64,000 nt of DNA from a bacterium (lineage in GTDB: Bacteria; RBG-13-61-14; DATKZS01): positions 1,152,001 through 1,216,000 of the forward strand of contig CAXXFL010000001.1 in assembly GCA_963674965.2 (NCBI GenBank), given 5' to 3'. The notes under the pieces were generated by a model. That model searched no databases, was not told the DNA's origin, and saw only the letters and a program-made list of their open reading frames with translations. Position 1 is the first letter of the stretch; the number at the start of each line of letters is the position of its first letter. The position numbers and the translations under genes are program-made. Shown one piece after another: positions 47,146 through 56,877 of this stretch.

Positions 47146-50100
47146 TTACGATGACCGCTCGTCGTTACCGCCCGTTTGGCCGCCCGCGGTTGGCTTGTCT
47201 TTCGCCGTTTCCGTCCCGGGTCCCTTTTTTTCCGGCTCGCCGGCTTTCACGGTCTCTATCGATACTCCGCCCTCTTCCCTGACGGCCTTGGGCTTATAGG
47301 AGCGGGGCAGGATTTTATCCAGGATCAGGTAGACGCAGGGGATGGTGGTGAGGGTCATGAAGGTCGAGGCGATAAGCCCTCCGATGACGGTGATGGCCAT
47401 GGGGGCCCGAAGCTCGGCCCCCGGACCGAGGGCGATGGCCATGGGGGCCATGCCGAGCACGGTGGTCAGGGTGGTGATCAGGATGGGACGCAGCCTGGTC
47501 GAGCCCGCGTCCACGATGGCCTCGATCCTCTCGAGCCCCTCGTCTCTTCTCTGGTTGATGGTAGTCACGAACACGATGGCGTCGTTAACCGCTATGCCAA
47601 TCATCATGAGCATCCCGATTAGGGAGAAAATGTTGATGGTCTGCCCGGTCAGTATCAGGATGAGGGCGAGACCTATGAGGGAGAAGGGCACGCAGAACAT
47701 GATGACGAAGGGATGGACCAGGCTCTCGAACTGGGAGGCGAGCACGATGTACACCAGCATCAGGGCGAGCAGCGCCGCCAGGTAGAGGCTGGGCATGGAC
47801 CTTTTCATCTCCTCGTTTTGTCCCGTAATGCGCCAGACGTATCCGGCGGGCAGGGTTATTTTATTAAGGTCCCGCTCGATGTCGGCCACCACGTCGCCGA
47901 GGGGACGGCCGTGTATGTTGCCCCTGATGATGGCCACCCTGCTGTTCTCCGAGCGGGTGATGGTGGCGGGCCCCGCGCCTATTTCTACCCTGGCCAATTG
48001 ATCGAGCCTGACCTCGCCCTGGGCGCAGGGGATCATGATCCTTTGCAGCCTCTCCATGGTGTCGCGGTCGTCCTTTTCGAGCTGCACTCGAATGTCGATC
48101 TGCTGGTCCGGAAGATCGTAGGAACTGGCCAGTTCTCCCTTTACCTTGCCCTGGATCACGTTGGATATTTCCGTGACCGAGACCCCAAAGGACGCGGCCC
48201 GGTCCCGGTCTATGGCGATGTTGACCTCGGGGTTTTCCTCCCCCAGGGAGGACTCGATCTCGGCCAGGCCGGGAATGGCGGGGAACTCCCGCCCGTCCTT
48301 CTCGACCTTCTTCTCGAGCGCGGCCACTATGGTCTCGGAGGCCATTACCAGCTTGTCCAGGTCCGGTCCCTCGATCTCGATCTCGATCGGGGTCTTGTAA
48401 CTGAGAAGCTGGGGCTTGGCCGACCTCAAGCCCACCAACCCCACGATATCGCGGGAAAGGGCCGTGGTCACCTCGTCGATGATGGCCTCGTCCGAGACCG
48501 AGCGCTGGTCGCTCTCCACCAGGGAGACGTGGACCTCGCCCAGGTTTTCCGACTTCTCCGAGGCGCCCTCCCCCTCGGCCGTGCTGATGCCGACCGTGGT
48601 GAATAGAGAAGTGATTAGGTCGGCGTTCCGGACCTCGCGAATCCGGGACTCGATCTCGCCCATCTTGTCGTTCGTCTCCTCGATGGGAGTGCCGATGGGA
48701 AACTCGGCCCGGATGCGAAACTCGCTCTGGTCCACCGGAGGCAACAGTTCCCAGCCTATCACGTAGATAACGCCGACCGAGCCGACGGACACGATCATGG
48801 CTATCAGGCATACGAGGTAAGGATGGGCCAGCACCAGCCGGAGCTGTTTGGGATACCATCTCTTAAGCCCGTTAAAGAAAACGTCAAAAGCGGCAAGCGG
48901 CAAGGCGAGGAATCGAAGTCGGCTTTTTTCGGACTTCTTGCCGGGAGGGGACCCTTCATCCTTCGCCTGGGCTAAGACCCCCTCGGGAAGGTCCATCTCG
49001 CTGAGAAGCTCCTTGGGAAGCCGGACCCGTTTTCCCAAAACCACGCTGAGCATGGGCGCCAGGGAAAGGGCCACCAGTTCGGAGCAGATCAGGCTGAAAG
49101 CGACCGCCCAGGCCAGGTCCCCGAATATCTGCCGGAACATGCCCTCCAGGTAAAGGATGGGAAAAAAGACCATGATGTTGGTGAGCGTCGAGGCGGTGAT
49201 GGCCGAGCTCACCTCCTCCGCCCCCCGCAGGGCGCTGAGCTCCGCGTCGGGCTCGAAGACGCGGCGGCGAAGTATGTTCTCGATCACCACGATCGAGTTG
49301 TCCACCAGCATGCCCACGCCCAGCGCCAGGCCCCCGAGGCTCATGATGTTGAAGCTGATGTCCCGGAAGAACATGAGGTTGAAGGTGGCGATGATCGAGA
49401 CCGGGATGGAAAGGCCCACGATAAAGGTCGAGCTGAAGTTGCGAAGGAAAACGTAAAGCACCACCACCGCGAAAAAGGCGCCCCATATGGCCGTCTGGGC
49501 CACCGAGTAGATGGACTGGATTATGAAAACCGACTGGTCGGAGATGACCTTGATCTCGACCCCGTTCTCCATCTCGACGGGCTCCTCCTCGATGAAGAAG
49601 GGCCGGTAATTGAGAAGCAGGCCAAGTAGGCCGTTGGCCGCGCTTTTCAATTTCCGGACGGGGTCCTTAAGCTTCTTTTCCCACTCCTCGTTCCTGACGC
49701 CGGACCGATGCTTGTCCTTGATCTCGGCCACCGTGTCGTGAACGGACCGGGCCACGGTGACGATGTTGGCGTCTCCCTCCTTGAAGACCGAGACCTTGAT
49801 GCACTCCTTGCCCTCGAGCCGGGCTATCTCGGTACGCTCCTTGTGCTTCCTGCTCACCGTCGCCACGTCCCGGATTCTGATGGTCGCGGCCCTGGTCTCC
49901 TCCGAGCCCGAGGCGGAGCTCGAGCTCGAGGCCGAGCCGGCCGAGAGGGCCAAAAGGGACCCCATGCCGCCCAGGCCTCCCATTCCTCCCATGCCCCCCA
50001 TCATGGAGCTTGAGGCCCCCCCCATCCCGGAGGAGACGCTTGAAGTGGAGGAACCGCTTCCCGAGGAGCCGGTCCGCTCGGCGATGATCATGTCGCGTAT

Positions 50101-50814
50101 GCTCTCGAGTTCCTGGAAGCGGTTCACCGTCCTTACCGCCAGCTCGTCGCCGCCCTCCTCGATCGAGCCGCCCGCCACGTTGACGTTCTCGCTCTTGAGC
50201 CTTTCCACGATGGTCGAGACGCGAAGGCCCAGGCGGCTGAGCTTTTCCTCGTCGATCTCGATGATGATCTCGTCCTCGTATCCGCCCTCGACCTTGACCG
50301 CCGCCACCCCGTCAAGGCGCTCGAGCTCGAGCTCGACGTTCATCTCGACCCAGCGGCGCAGGGTCGCCAGGTCGGCGTCGCCGCCCACGGCCATGGTGAT
50401 GATCGGGTCCTGGTTGGGGTCGTACCGCAAAAGGACCGGCCTCTCGACCTCCTCGGGCAGGATGCTCTCGAGAAGCTGGATTTTCTCCCGGATGTCCATG
50501 GCGATCACGTCAACGTCCGAGCCCCACTTGAACTCGACGTAAACGTCGGACCAGTCCGGCCTCGAGACCGAGCTGACCTTGACCACGTTGTTGATGATTC
50601 CCACCGAGCTCTCGATGAACTTGGTCACCCTCTCCTCGACCTCGCGGGGGGCCGCGTGGGGGTACTCGGTGCGGATGGTTATCTTGGGATAGGTGATGTC
50701 GGGAAGCAGGTTAAGCGGTATCTTCTGCAAACTGACGAAACCGAGCAGAAGTATGCCCACGACGATCATCGAGAGCGCCACCGGCCGGCGTATCGAGGGA
50801 GTAGCAAGGTTCAA
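47146..50814 (-). CDS. RND efflux permease with periplasmic insertions
   Basis: SIRRPV; GMLVDNSIVV; RLRPILITTLTT; PMAITVIGGL. Confidence 0.95.
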   Translation of the reverse strand: MNLATPSIRRPVALSMIVVGILLLGFVSLQKIPLNLLPDITYPKITIRTEYPHAAPREVEERVTKFIESSVGIINNVVKVSSVSRPDWSDVYVEFKWGSDVDVIAMDIREKIQLLESILPEEVERPVLLRYDPNQDPIITMAVGGDADLATLRRWVEMNVELELERLDGVAAVKVEGGYEDEIIIEIDEEKLSRLGLRVSTIVERLKSENVNVAGGSIEEGGDELAVRTVNRFQELESIRDMIIAERTGSSGSGSSTSSVSSGMGGASSSMMGGMGGMGGLGGMGSLLALSAGSASSSSSASGSEETRAATIRIRDVATVSRKHKERTEIARLEGKECIKVSVFKEGDANIVTVARSVHDTVAEIKDKHRSGVRNEEWEKKLKDPVRKLKSAANGLLGLLLNYRPFFIEEEPVEMENGVEIKVISDQSVFIIQSIYSVAQTAIWGAFFAVVVLYVFLRNFSSTFIVGLSIPVSIIATFNLMFFRDISFNIMSLGGLALGVGMLVDNSIVVIENILRRRVFEPDAELSALRGAEEVSSAITASTLTNIMVFFPILYLEGMFRQIFGDLAWAVAFSLICSELVALSLAPMLSVVLGKRVRLPKELLSEMDLPEGVLAQAKDEGSPPGKKSEKSRLRFLALPLAAFDVFFNGLKRWYPKQLRLVLAHPYLVCLIAMIVSVGSVGVIYVIGWELLPPVDQSEFRIRAEFPIGTPIEETNDKMGEIESRIREVRNADLITSLFTTVGISTAEGEGASEKSENLGEVHVSLVESDQRSVSDEAIIDEVTTALSRDIVGLVGLRSAKPQLLSYKTPIEIEIEGPDLDKLVMASETIVAALEKKVEKDGREFPAIPGLAEIESSLGEENPEVNIAIDRDRAASFGVSVTEISNVIQGKVKGELASSYDLPDQQIDIRVQLEKDDRDTMERLQRIMIPCAQGEVRLDQLARVEIGAGPATITRSENSRVAIIRGNIHGRPLGDVVADIERDLNKITLPAGYVWRITGQNEEMKRSMPSLYLAALLALMLVYIVLASQFESLVHPFVIMFCVPFSLIGLALILILTGQTINIFSLIGMLMMIGIAVNDAIVFVTTINQRRDEGLERIEAIVDAGSTRLRPILITTLTTVLGMAPMAIALGPGAELRAPMAITVIGGLIASTFMTLTTIPCVYLILDKILPRSYKPKAVREEGGVSIETVKAGEPEKKGPGTETAKDKPTAGGQTGGNDERSS

Positions 50815-50819
50815 TTTAC

Positions 50820-51932
50820 TTACGACCCGTTGCCCGCGCCTTTTTCAAGGTCGCCGCGCTTGATGACGATCTTGCTGCTGGGCGTGAGCGCGGCCTGGCC
50901 CTCCACGATGACCAGGTCCGTGTCCTTGACCCCCTCGAGGGTCTCGATCCATTTCTCGTCCACCAGCCCGGTCTTGATATTGACCAGCCTGGCGTTCTCG
51001 CCCGCCGCCACCCACACCTGGTTTTCGTTTCCAGCGATGAGGGCGCGGCGCGGAATGACCAGGGCCTCCGGCTTGACCGAGGTCACCACCTTGAGGCGGG
51101 CGAACATGCCCGGCCTTACGTTCATGCCGGGGTTGGGGATCGAGACCTCGACCTCGACCGTTCCCGTCTGGGTGTCCACCATGGGCTGAATCTTGCTCAC
51201 CTTGCCCTCCAGGGGAAACTCGGAGGGGTCCAGGTCCGCGTGGATCGCGTCGATCCTGATCCTGACCTCCTGGCCCAGGCTTATCTTGGCCACCTCCGCC
51301 TCGGTCACCGTGATGGGTATCTTAAGGTTGTCAAGGTCCGCCACGGTCATGATTACCTCCATGGCGTTGACCTGCCTGTAAAGCTCGACGTTGCGCTTGA
51401 TCACCACCCCCTCGAAGGGGCTCTTGATCTCGGTGTTCTTTACCCTGAGCTGGGAAAGGGAAAGGCTCGAGCGGGCGTCGTCATAGGACCTTCTCAGCTT
51501 GTCCAGCTCCGACTTGGACTTCATGCCCTCGTCGTAAAGCTCCTTGGCGCTAAGGTACTCCGAGCGCGCCAGGCGATAGGCGGCCTGGGACTGCTGCAGA
51601 CTAAGACGGTATTCCTCGTCGTCGATCTTGGCCAGAAGCATGCCCGCCTCGACCTCGTCGCCCACGTCCGCGTAAAGGGCCTCGACCGCGCCCGAGACCT
51701 CGCTGACAAGGTCCGCCCGCTGGACCGGCTCGATGTTGCCGTGGACCTCGATCACCTCCTCCATGGCCCGGGACTGGGGAGCAAGGGCAAGCACCGTGAT
51801 GGGGGCCTCCTCCGTCCCCTCCTCCTCGGACTTCTTCTTGCAGCCCTCGGGAGCGGCCAGGCCAAGGAAAAGAAAAGCGCATACGAAAATTATCGCCGCG
51901 GCGCGAAATGAAAAACTTGAAGATCGCGACAT
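50820..51932 (-). CDS. RND periplasmic adaptor (MFP) subunit
   Basis: VGDEVEAG, IKSPFEGVV, P.VD.QTGT, RPGMFA. Confidence 0.93.
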   Translation of the reverse strand: MSRSSSFSFRAAAIIFVCAFLFLGLAAPEGCKKKSEEEGTEEAPITVLALAPQSRAMEEVIEVHGNIEPVQRADLVSEVSGAVEALYADVGDEVEAGMLLAKIDDEEYRLSLQQSQAAYRLARSEYLSAKELYDEGMKSKSELDKLRRSYDDARSSLSLSQLRVKNTEIKSPFEGVVIKRNVELYRQVNAMEVIMTVADLDNLKIPITVTEAEVAKISLGQEVRIRIDAIHADLDPSEFPLEGKVSKIQPMVDTQTGTVEVEVSIPNPGMNVRPGMFARLKVVTSVKPEALVIPRRALIAGNENQVWVAAGENARLVNIKTGLVDEKWIETLEGVKDTDLVIVEGQAALTPSSKIVIKRGDLEKGAGNGS

Positions 51933-51956
51933 GCCTTACCCCCGGACGCCGGCGGG

Positions 51957-52763
51957 CTAATGGGCCATGAGTTTTATAAGGCTATCCATAACCTTGGGCA
52001 TGGCCTCGCCAGACGGCTCCTTGATGTATACGTCGGTGATGCCGGCGTAGCTGTTTTCGGAAGGATTAATCTCTATTAACCTGGCCCCCTCCTGCTTGGC
52101 TTGATGAGGAAGAGCGGCCGCCGGGTATACCGCTCCCGAGGTGCCCAATACCAGCATCAGGTCGCAGCGGGAAGCGGCGTCATAGGACTCCTCCAGGCGC
52201 TGGACCGCCTCGCCGAACATGACCACGTCCGGACGGGTGAGGCCCCCGCAGGAACAGCGGGGCATGATCTCGATCACGCGCTGGAGACTGAAGTTGTCCC
52301 GGTCCTCCAAAACGTCCCGGGCCCCATTTAAAAACTCGTCTTTATTAAGCGAGCGGCGCTGGTTGCAACTTACGCAGCGGCTCCTGAAAAGGTTGCCGTG
52401 GACCTCGAGCACGTTAACGTTGCCCGCGTCTTCATGGAGGTTGTCTATGTTCTGAGTAATAACCGCGAAAAGCTTTTTCATCCCCTCCAGCTCGGCCAGG
52501 GCCCTGTGAGCGCCGTTTATTTTCGCTTTCTGAAAGGTATCCACCGAGTTAAGAAGGAATTCGCGGAGGACCTCGGGACGCCGCTGCATGACCGACATTA
52601 TTCCCTGCGCCGTGCCGAACTCCTCCGGGTCGAACTGGTCCCAGATGCCGCCGGGGTCCCTGAACGTGGGGATGCCGCTCTCGGCCGATATGCCCGCGCC
52701 CGTAAAGGCGGCGACGTCATTCGCCTCTTTGATCAGCAGCGCGGCTTGCTCGTAAACGTTCAT
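51957..52763 (-). CDS. cobB: NAD-dependent protein deacylase (sirtuin)
   Basis: TGAGISAESGIPTFR, TQNIDNLH, HGN, CxxC/CxC, RPDVVMFGE, GTSGAVYPAA. Confidence 0.93.
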   Translation of the reverse strand: MNVYEQAALLIKEANDVAAFTGAGISAESGIPTFRDPGGIWDQFDPEEFGTAQGIMSVMQRRPEVLREFLLNSVDTFQKAKINGAHRALAELEGMKKLFAVITQNIDNLHEDAGNVNVLEVHGNLFRSRCVSCNQRRSLNKDEFLNGARDVLEDRDNFSLQRVIEIMPRCSCGGLTRPDVVMFGEAVQRLEESYDAASRCDLMLVLGTSGAVYPAAALPHQAKQEGARLIEINPSENSYAGITDVYIKEPSGEAMPKVMDSLIKLMAH

Positions 52764-52988
52764 GGTCGGGGCCCCCTTGAATCTTATTTTAAACTAATGT
52801 GGAAAATTTATTATAGACCAGCTTACTATAAAGATAAATTCATTCCACCGTCAGGACAAGCAAGGCTGCATTAGAAAATATCATTAGTGGCCGTTAAGTC
52901 AAGACGAAAAAATAAATAGGGTCTTCCCCCATTTTTTAAAACTTGAGATGTACGGCTCGTGGCAGTCTGCAAAAAAAATCGACGGCCA

Positions 52989-53203
52989 AGCCCGAAGGGC
53001 TTTAACATGAATAGCCGCAGGCGCCAGCCTACGGGAGACGTGGCCTAAAAATTTTTCCCCGCCCCTGAAGGGGGCGAACCTTGCCGGGCGTCGGCAATCC
53101 TGGTCGCCGCGGGTCCGGCCCGTTCAGGGCCGAAGAATATCCTGCCAAATCCTTACCGTAGGCCAAGGCCTACGGCTACTCGAATTTCCCCCCTACCGGG
53201 GGG
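52989..53203. repeat. REPIN/MITE-like nested inverted-repeat element
   Basis: Arms GAATAGCCGCAGGCGCCAGCCTACGG / CCGTAGGCCAAGGCCTACGGCTACTC and CGCCCCTGAAGGGGGCGAACC / GGTCCGGCCCGTTCAGGGCCG, each itself a hairpin; terminal hairpins AGCCCGAAGGGCT and CCCCCCTACCGGGGGG. Confidence 0.75.
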
Positions 53204-53369
53204 AGGCGGCCGAGTCCTTTTCAGAGGCGTCGACGACTGGACGCTCGAGGAGGCGACGGTTGATTTTCACTTCGAGCGGAGGACAACTTGTCTGATGAAA
53301 AACGAAGCCACGAGTGAAACGGTCAAAATTGTGGGAAGTTACGTAAAACAAAAAGGTCCCGCCCGACTG

Positions 53370-56237
53370 TCAGGTAGGGGAAACGGGTTTTTCGAAAAGA
53401 GCCCTTCTTGCCGGGCCGGCCCCGATAAAGAAAGCCAGTGAAACAAGCCCGGCAATGGCCGCCCAAAGTCCCATCCGGAAGGACCAGGGCTCATAGGAGA
53501 ACTCGACCTTTTGCTTGCCCTCCTTCAAGGTGACGGCCCTGAGGAGGAAGTACGCCCTGGCCACGCGCTTTTCCGCCCCCTTAAGGCGGGCCTTCCAGCC
53601 CGGGTAGCAAAGGTCGGACAAAACCAGCCAGCCGGGCCGCCACATGTCGGCCTCCACCGTCACCCGGTTCGAGCCGTGCTCGATGGACTCGACGACCCCC
53701 GGCGGCCCTTCCCCGCCGCTCGAGTATACGTTGCCCTCGCTTTGCTCGTCGCCCAGGGAAAGGATCACTCTTTTGCGGGGGTCGGTCATGCCCGAGACAA
53801 GCTCGGCCAGGGCGTCGGACTCGGAAAGGATAATCGCCTCGCCCACCGGGAAGGCGCGGGGCATGGCCTTGGGATCGCGGTAAAGCCAGGTCTCGCCCCT
53901 TACCAGTTCCTCCCAGGGGGCCGAGCCGATCGAGCGGCCTGGCTCGAGCCTGAAGTCGGCCCACCCGACCTGGTCGTAGGCCGGGCTCGAGGCCGGCAGG
54001 GACGAAAGGGTAAGGCCGGTCTTTCCCTCCGTGCCGACCGCAAGGACCGTCTCGACGGTCAGCGGCCCTTTATCTCCCGGATGAAAGCCGGGATGAATAT
54101 GCCGGGCGTATATCATCCCGTCGGAAAAGGCCATGAGCCAGGCCCCGTCCTCCTCCAGCGGAGCGGCCGGGGCCATGGCGGCGGGACCCAGGCGAAGGAA
54201 ATAGTCCTCCTCCTCCCCGGACTCCTCGCCGGCCGCGGGGGTCCAGTCGATACGAGACGGCGGATGCTGGAGAAGAGATGGCGCGGTCCCCTCCAGCACG
54301 GGAAGCCTGGCGGGACCCACGTGCCCGGGACCGGGCGAGAGAATCTCGGAGTTCGCGAGAAGGGACGAGATGGACCGGTTATATGGAAGGGGTCCGTCCA
54401 TCAGCGCGTAGCTTACGTTGAAAAGCTCGAGCAGGCGGTGGCCGAGCCGGTCCGGCGCCGGCTGAAGATACCCCGTTTCCCTGTACCAGTAGTCGCCCGC
54501 CTCGGCGCGGCCGTGTCCGTTAATGGCGTTTATGGCCCGAACCAGCCGCCGGTCGTTAACGCCGTCCATGACGCGAAGGTCGGCGATCGAGTAAAGGATG
54601 TTCACGTTGGGCGGCGAGATATCCTGGCTGATATAGACGCGGTCCAGGACTGGGTTCCGCTCGAGCCAGTCCAGGGCCCCGCCCGCCTCGAGGCGGGACT
54701 CGTAGTCGGGGTCACGGGGCGGCTGCTGGTACGAGTCCGCGGCCAGGCAGAACATGGACCCGGCCAAGGCCGCCGCCGAGGCCGACATGGCCAGGAGTTT
54801 CCTTTCCCGTCCCTGGACCCGGTTCATGGCAAACCAGGTGAGAAAAGCTCCCAGGGCCAGGGTGACGAGAAACATCGAAACGGAGTAAGCGTTAAGGAAG
54901 CGCGGACCGCCGGGAAGAGGCTCATGAAAAATGACCATGATGAAAATGGCGGATAAGAAAACCATGAGCACGTTCGAGACCAGGGTCGCGTTGGCCTTGC
55001 CGCCGGTTATAAAGGAAAGACCGCGTCCGGCCAGGATGGCCGCGCAAAGGGCCAGCCCGGGATGGGGGTGCTTGAAGTTTCCCGAAAGGTTGAAGACCGG
55101 CAGATAACCGATGAGCCGGAACAGGGGAAGACCGAACATGACCCCCCCGAAGAAAAGGGAGAACGCGATCATGCCGATCTCGATCCGGCTCAGCCGCCTG
55201 ATTTTGGAGGCGCCCACCAGGGCCAGGAAAAGGGGGACCATCCCGAAGGCCGGCGCCAGCCAGGGCAGGTTGGTCGAGTTGTAAGGAGGGACGCCCGAGG
55301 CCTCAGCGGCCCAGGTTATGCTGGGCGGATCGAGAAAAGCCGCGCCCGCCGGCGCCCGCCCGAAAAACCAGGGAGATGCCAGGCTGATCCAACGCCTGGC
55401 CGAGTAATGGAAAAAGCCCGCTCCCGGCACGTGGAAGTGATAGCCCCGAAACCAGTACTCGAGAAAGGGCAGGATCATGGGAAGGCAAATCAGGAACCCG
55501 GACGCGAAGGCCAGCGAGAAAAGCATGGGCGCGGAAAGGACGCCCTTTTTCCTTATGCAAAAGAAGGCCGTAAAGGCTGGAAAAAGAAGCGTGTAAAAGG
55601 CGGCCTCGGGATGTCCGTTGTTTATCACCGCGAAGACGAGGGCGGCAAGGACCGCGAAGTCGAGCGCCTTCCGCCTTTGCGCCAGCCTTAGCGTGAAAAG
55701 CATTAGCCCGGGCAAAAGGACGTCGGCGTTAAGATAGTTCTCGTTCACGAACATCTTCATGTAGCCGGTAAAGGCGAAGACCTGCGAGGCCAGAAGTGAC
55801 GGGGCGAGGGAAAGGCACAGCCTCCTGGCGAGAAAATGCGTGAAGAGGGCGGCGAGAAGGAGCCTGATCACGATCGTTAGGTCGCGGGTGAAGAGGTTGT
55901 CGGAGGCGTACACGATAAACTTGAGAGGGTAGAAGACCCCCGAGAGCATGTTGCCTAAAAGGGGAGTGCCCAGGGCGTTGTAAGGGTTCCACAGCGGGAA
56001 GAAGCCTTCGGCCAAGTCGCGCTCGATCTGGCGGTCGAAGGCGTACTGGCCCATTAAATAGTACTGCTCCTGGACGGCGCCCCGGAATATGCTTTTGCCC
56101 GAGAGCCAGGAACCGCCGTAAAGCAAAAAGACCATGACCAGGGCCAATAGGCTTACGGCCGCCGCCTCGAGCAGGAAGCGGCGATGGGTCGGGGAAGACG
56201 AGCGGGTCTCCCCTTCCGCGCCGGCTTGTTCGGTCAT
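53370..56237 (-). CDS. YfhO-family (GT-C-like) membrane protein
   Basis: FPLWNPYNALGTPLLGN...FYP; many TM segments; PRAF; GWLVLSD..YPGWKA; RAV.L.EG...VEFSYEP. Confidence 0.88.
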   Translation of the reverse strand: MTEQAGAEGETRSSSPTHRRFLLEAAAVSLLALVMVFLLYGGSWLSGKSIFRGAVQEQYYLMGQYAFDRQIERDLAEGFFPLWNPYNALGTPLLGNMLSGVFYPLKFIVYASDNLFTRDLTIVIRLLLAALFTHFLARRLCLSLAPSLLASQVFAFTGYMKMFVNENYLNADVLLPGLMLFTLRLAQRRKALDFAVLAALVFAVINNGHPEAAFYTLLFPAFTAFFCIRKKGVLSAPMLFSLAFASGFLICLPMILPFLEYWFRGYHFHVPGAGFFHYSARRWISLASPWFFGRAPAGAAFLDPPSITWAAEASGVPPYNSTNLPWLAPAFGMVPLFLALVGASKIRRLSRIEIGMIAFSLFFGGVMFGLPLFRLIGYLPVFNLSGNFKHPHPGLALCAAILAGRGLSFITGGKANATLVSNVLMVFLSAIFIMVIFHEPLPGGPRFLNAYSVSMFLVTLALGAFLTWFAMNRVQGRERKLLAMSASAAALAGSMFCLAADSYQQPPRDPDYESRLEAGGALDWLERNPVLDRVYISQDISPPNVNILYSIADLRVMDGVNDRRLVRAINAINGHGRAEAGDYWYRETGYLQPAPDRLGHRLLELFNVSYALMDGPLPYNRSISSLLANSEILSPGPGHVGPARLPVLEGTAPSLLQHPPSRIDWTPAAGEESGEEEDYFLRLGPAAMAPAAPLEEDGAWLMAFSDGMIYARHIHPGFHPGDKGPLTVETVLAVGTEGKTGLTLSSLPASSPAYDQVGWADFRLEPGRSIGSAPWEELVRGETWLYRDPKAMPRAFPVGEAIILSESDALAELVSGMTDPRKRVILSLGDEQSEGNVYSSGGEGPPGVVESIEHGSNRVTVEADMWRPGWLVLSDLCYPGWKARLKGAEKRVARAYFLLRAVTLKEGKQKVEFSYEPWSFRMGLWAAIAGLVSLAFFIGAGPARRALFEKPVSPT

Positions 56238-56258
56238 GGCCAGTTCGCGCTCCCTTTT

Positions 56259-56645
56259 CTAGTCCCCGAAGAACTCCTTGTCGGAAAGGTCCGACCAGAG
56301 CGGGCGGCGGGGCGGATGCTCGGGCAGTTCTCCCGGCTCGGGCGGATCGGGCGGGTCCTGTTTCCTGGCGGGCGGCGTCGGGCGCTTGGCCTTGGGGGGG
56401 TTGGGACCGCCCTTGCCCGTGGGCTCGGAAAACCCCACGCACTTGCCTTCCTTGTCGCGCAGCCAGCCGTCGCCGTACCAGCCCAGGTGCTTTCCGTCCA
56501 GCGCCAGCACGGCCCCCTTCACGATGGCCGCCGCCGGATCGCCCTTCTCGTTGTACACGAACCGCCGGTCCTTGTCCATGAAATAAGAGGCCTTGCCCTT
56601 GCGGTTGTGTATGGCGTGAAATTTCTTTCCCTTCCCGTCTTCCAT
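56259..56645 (-). CDS. 4-fold beta-flower-like protein with Pro-rich tail
   Basis: Four short repeats (NRKGK, NEKGD, LDGKHLGW, RDKEGKCVGF) followed by a Pro-rich tail and W. Confidence 0.65.
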   Translation of the reverse strand: MEDGKGKKFHAIHNRKGKASYFMDKDRRFVYNEKGDPAAAIVKGAVLALDGKHLGWYGDGWLRDKEGKCVGFSEPTGKGGPNPPKAKRPTPPARKQDPPDPPEPGELPEHPPRRPLWSDLSDKEFFGD

Positions 56646-56767
56646 CTTCTCCTCCGTTCTCTTTCGTCAGTACCGCCGGCCGGGACCAAGCCCCGCCCAC
56701 GCGACTACAGGATAATCTTTTTCCGTCCCCGGCGCAAAGGGGACAAGGATATGTGGTTGCCACTTTC

Positions 56768-56795
56768 TTGACCAGCTATTCTCAGATGATATTAT
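56768..56795 (+). promoter_or_regulatory. Sigma70 promoter candidate for the ATPase pair
   Basis: TTGACC-16 nt-TATTAT with TG extension. Confidence 0.55.
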
Positions 56796-56877
56796 GTTGC
56801 TGGATTGAGGCGATATAACCAGATTAAAGCTTCAATTCTATCTCGCGAGTAATTCATTTGAATTCGGAGATTTTATT

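Noticed and set aside
51957-52763. Sirtuin as a Thoeris/DSR-type defence NADase
   Set aside because: It has the canonical CobB deacylase motifs with Zn-binding cysteines, and no TIR, HerA or Argonaute partner nearby.
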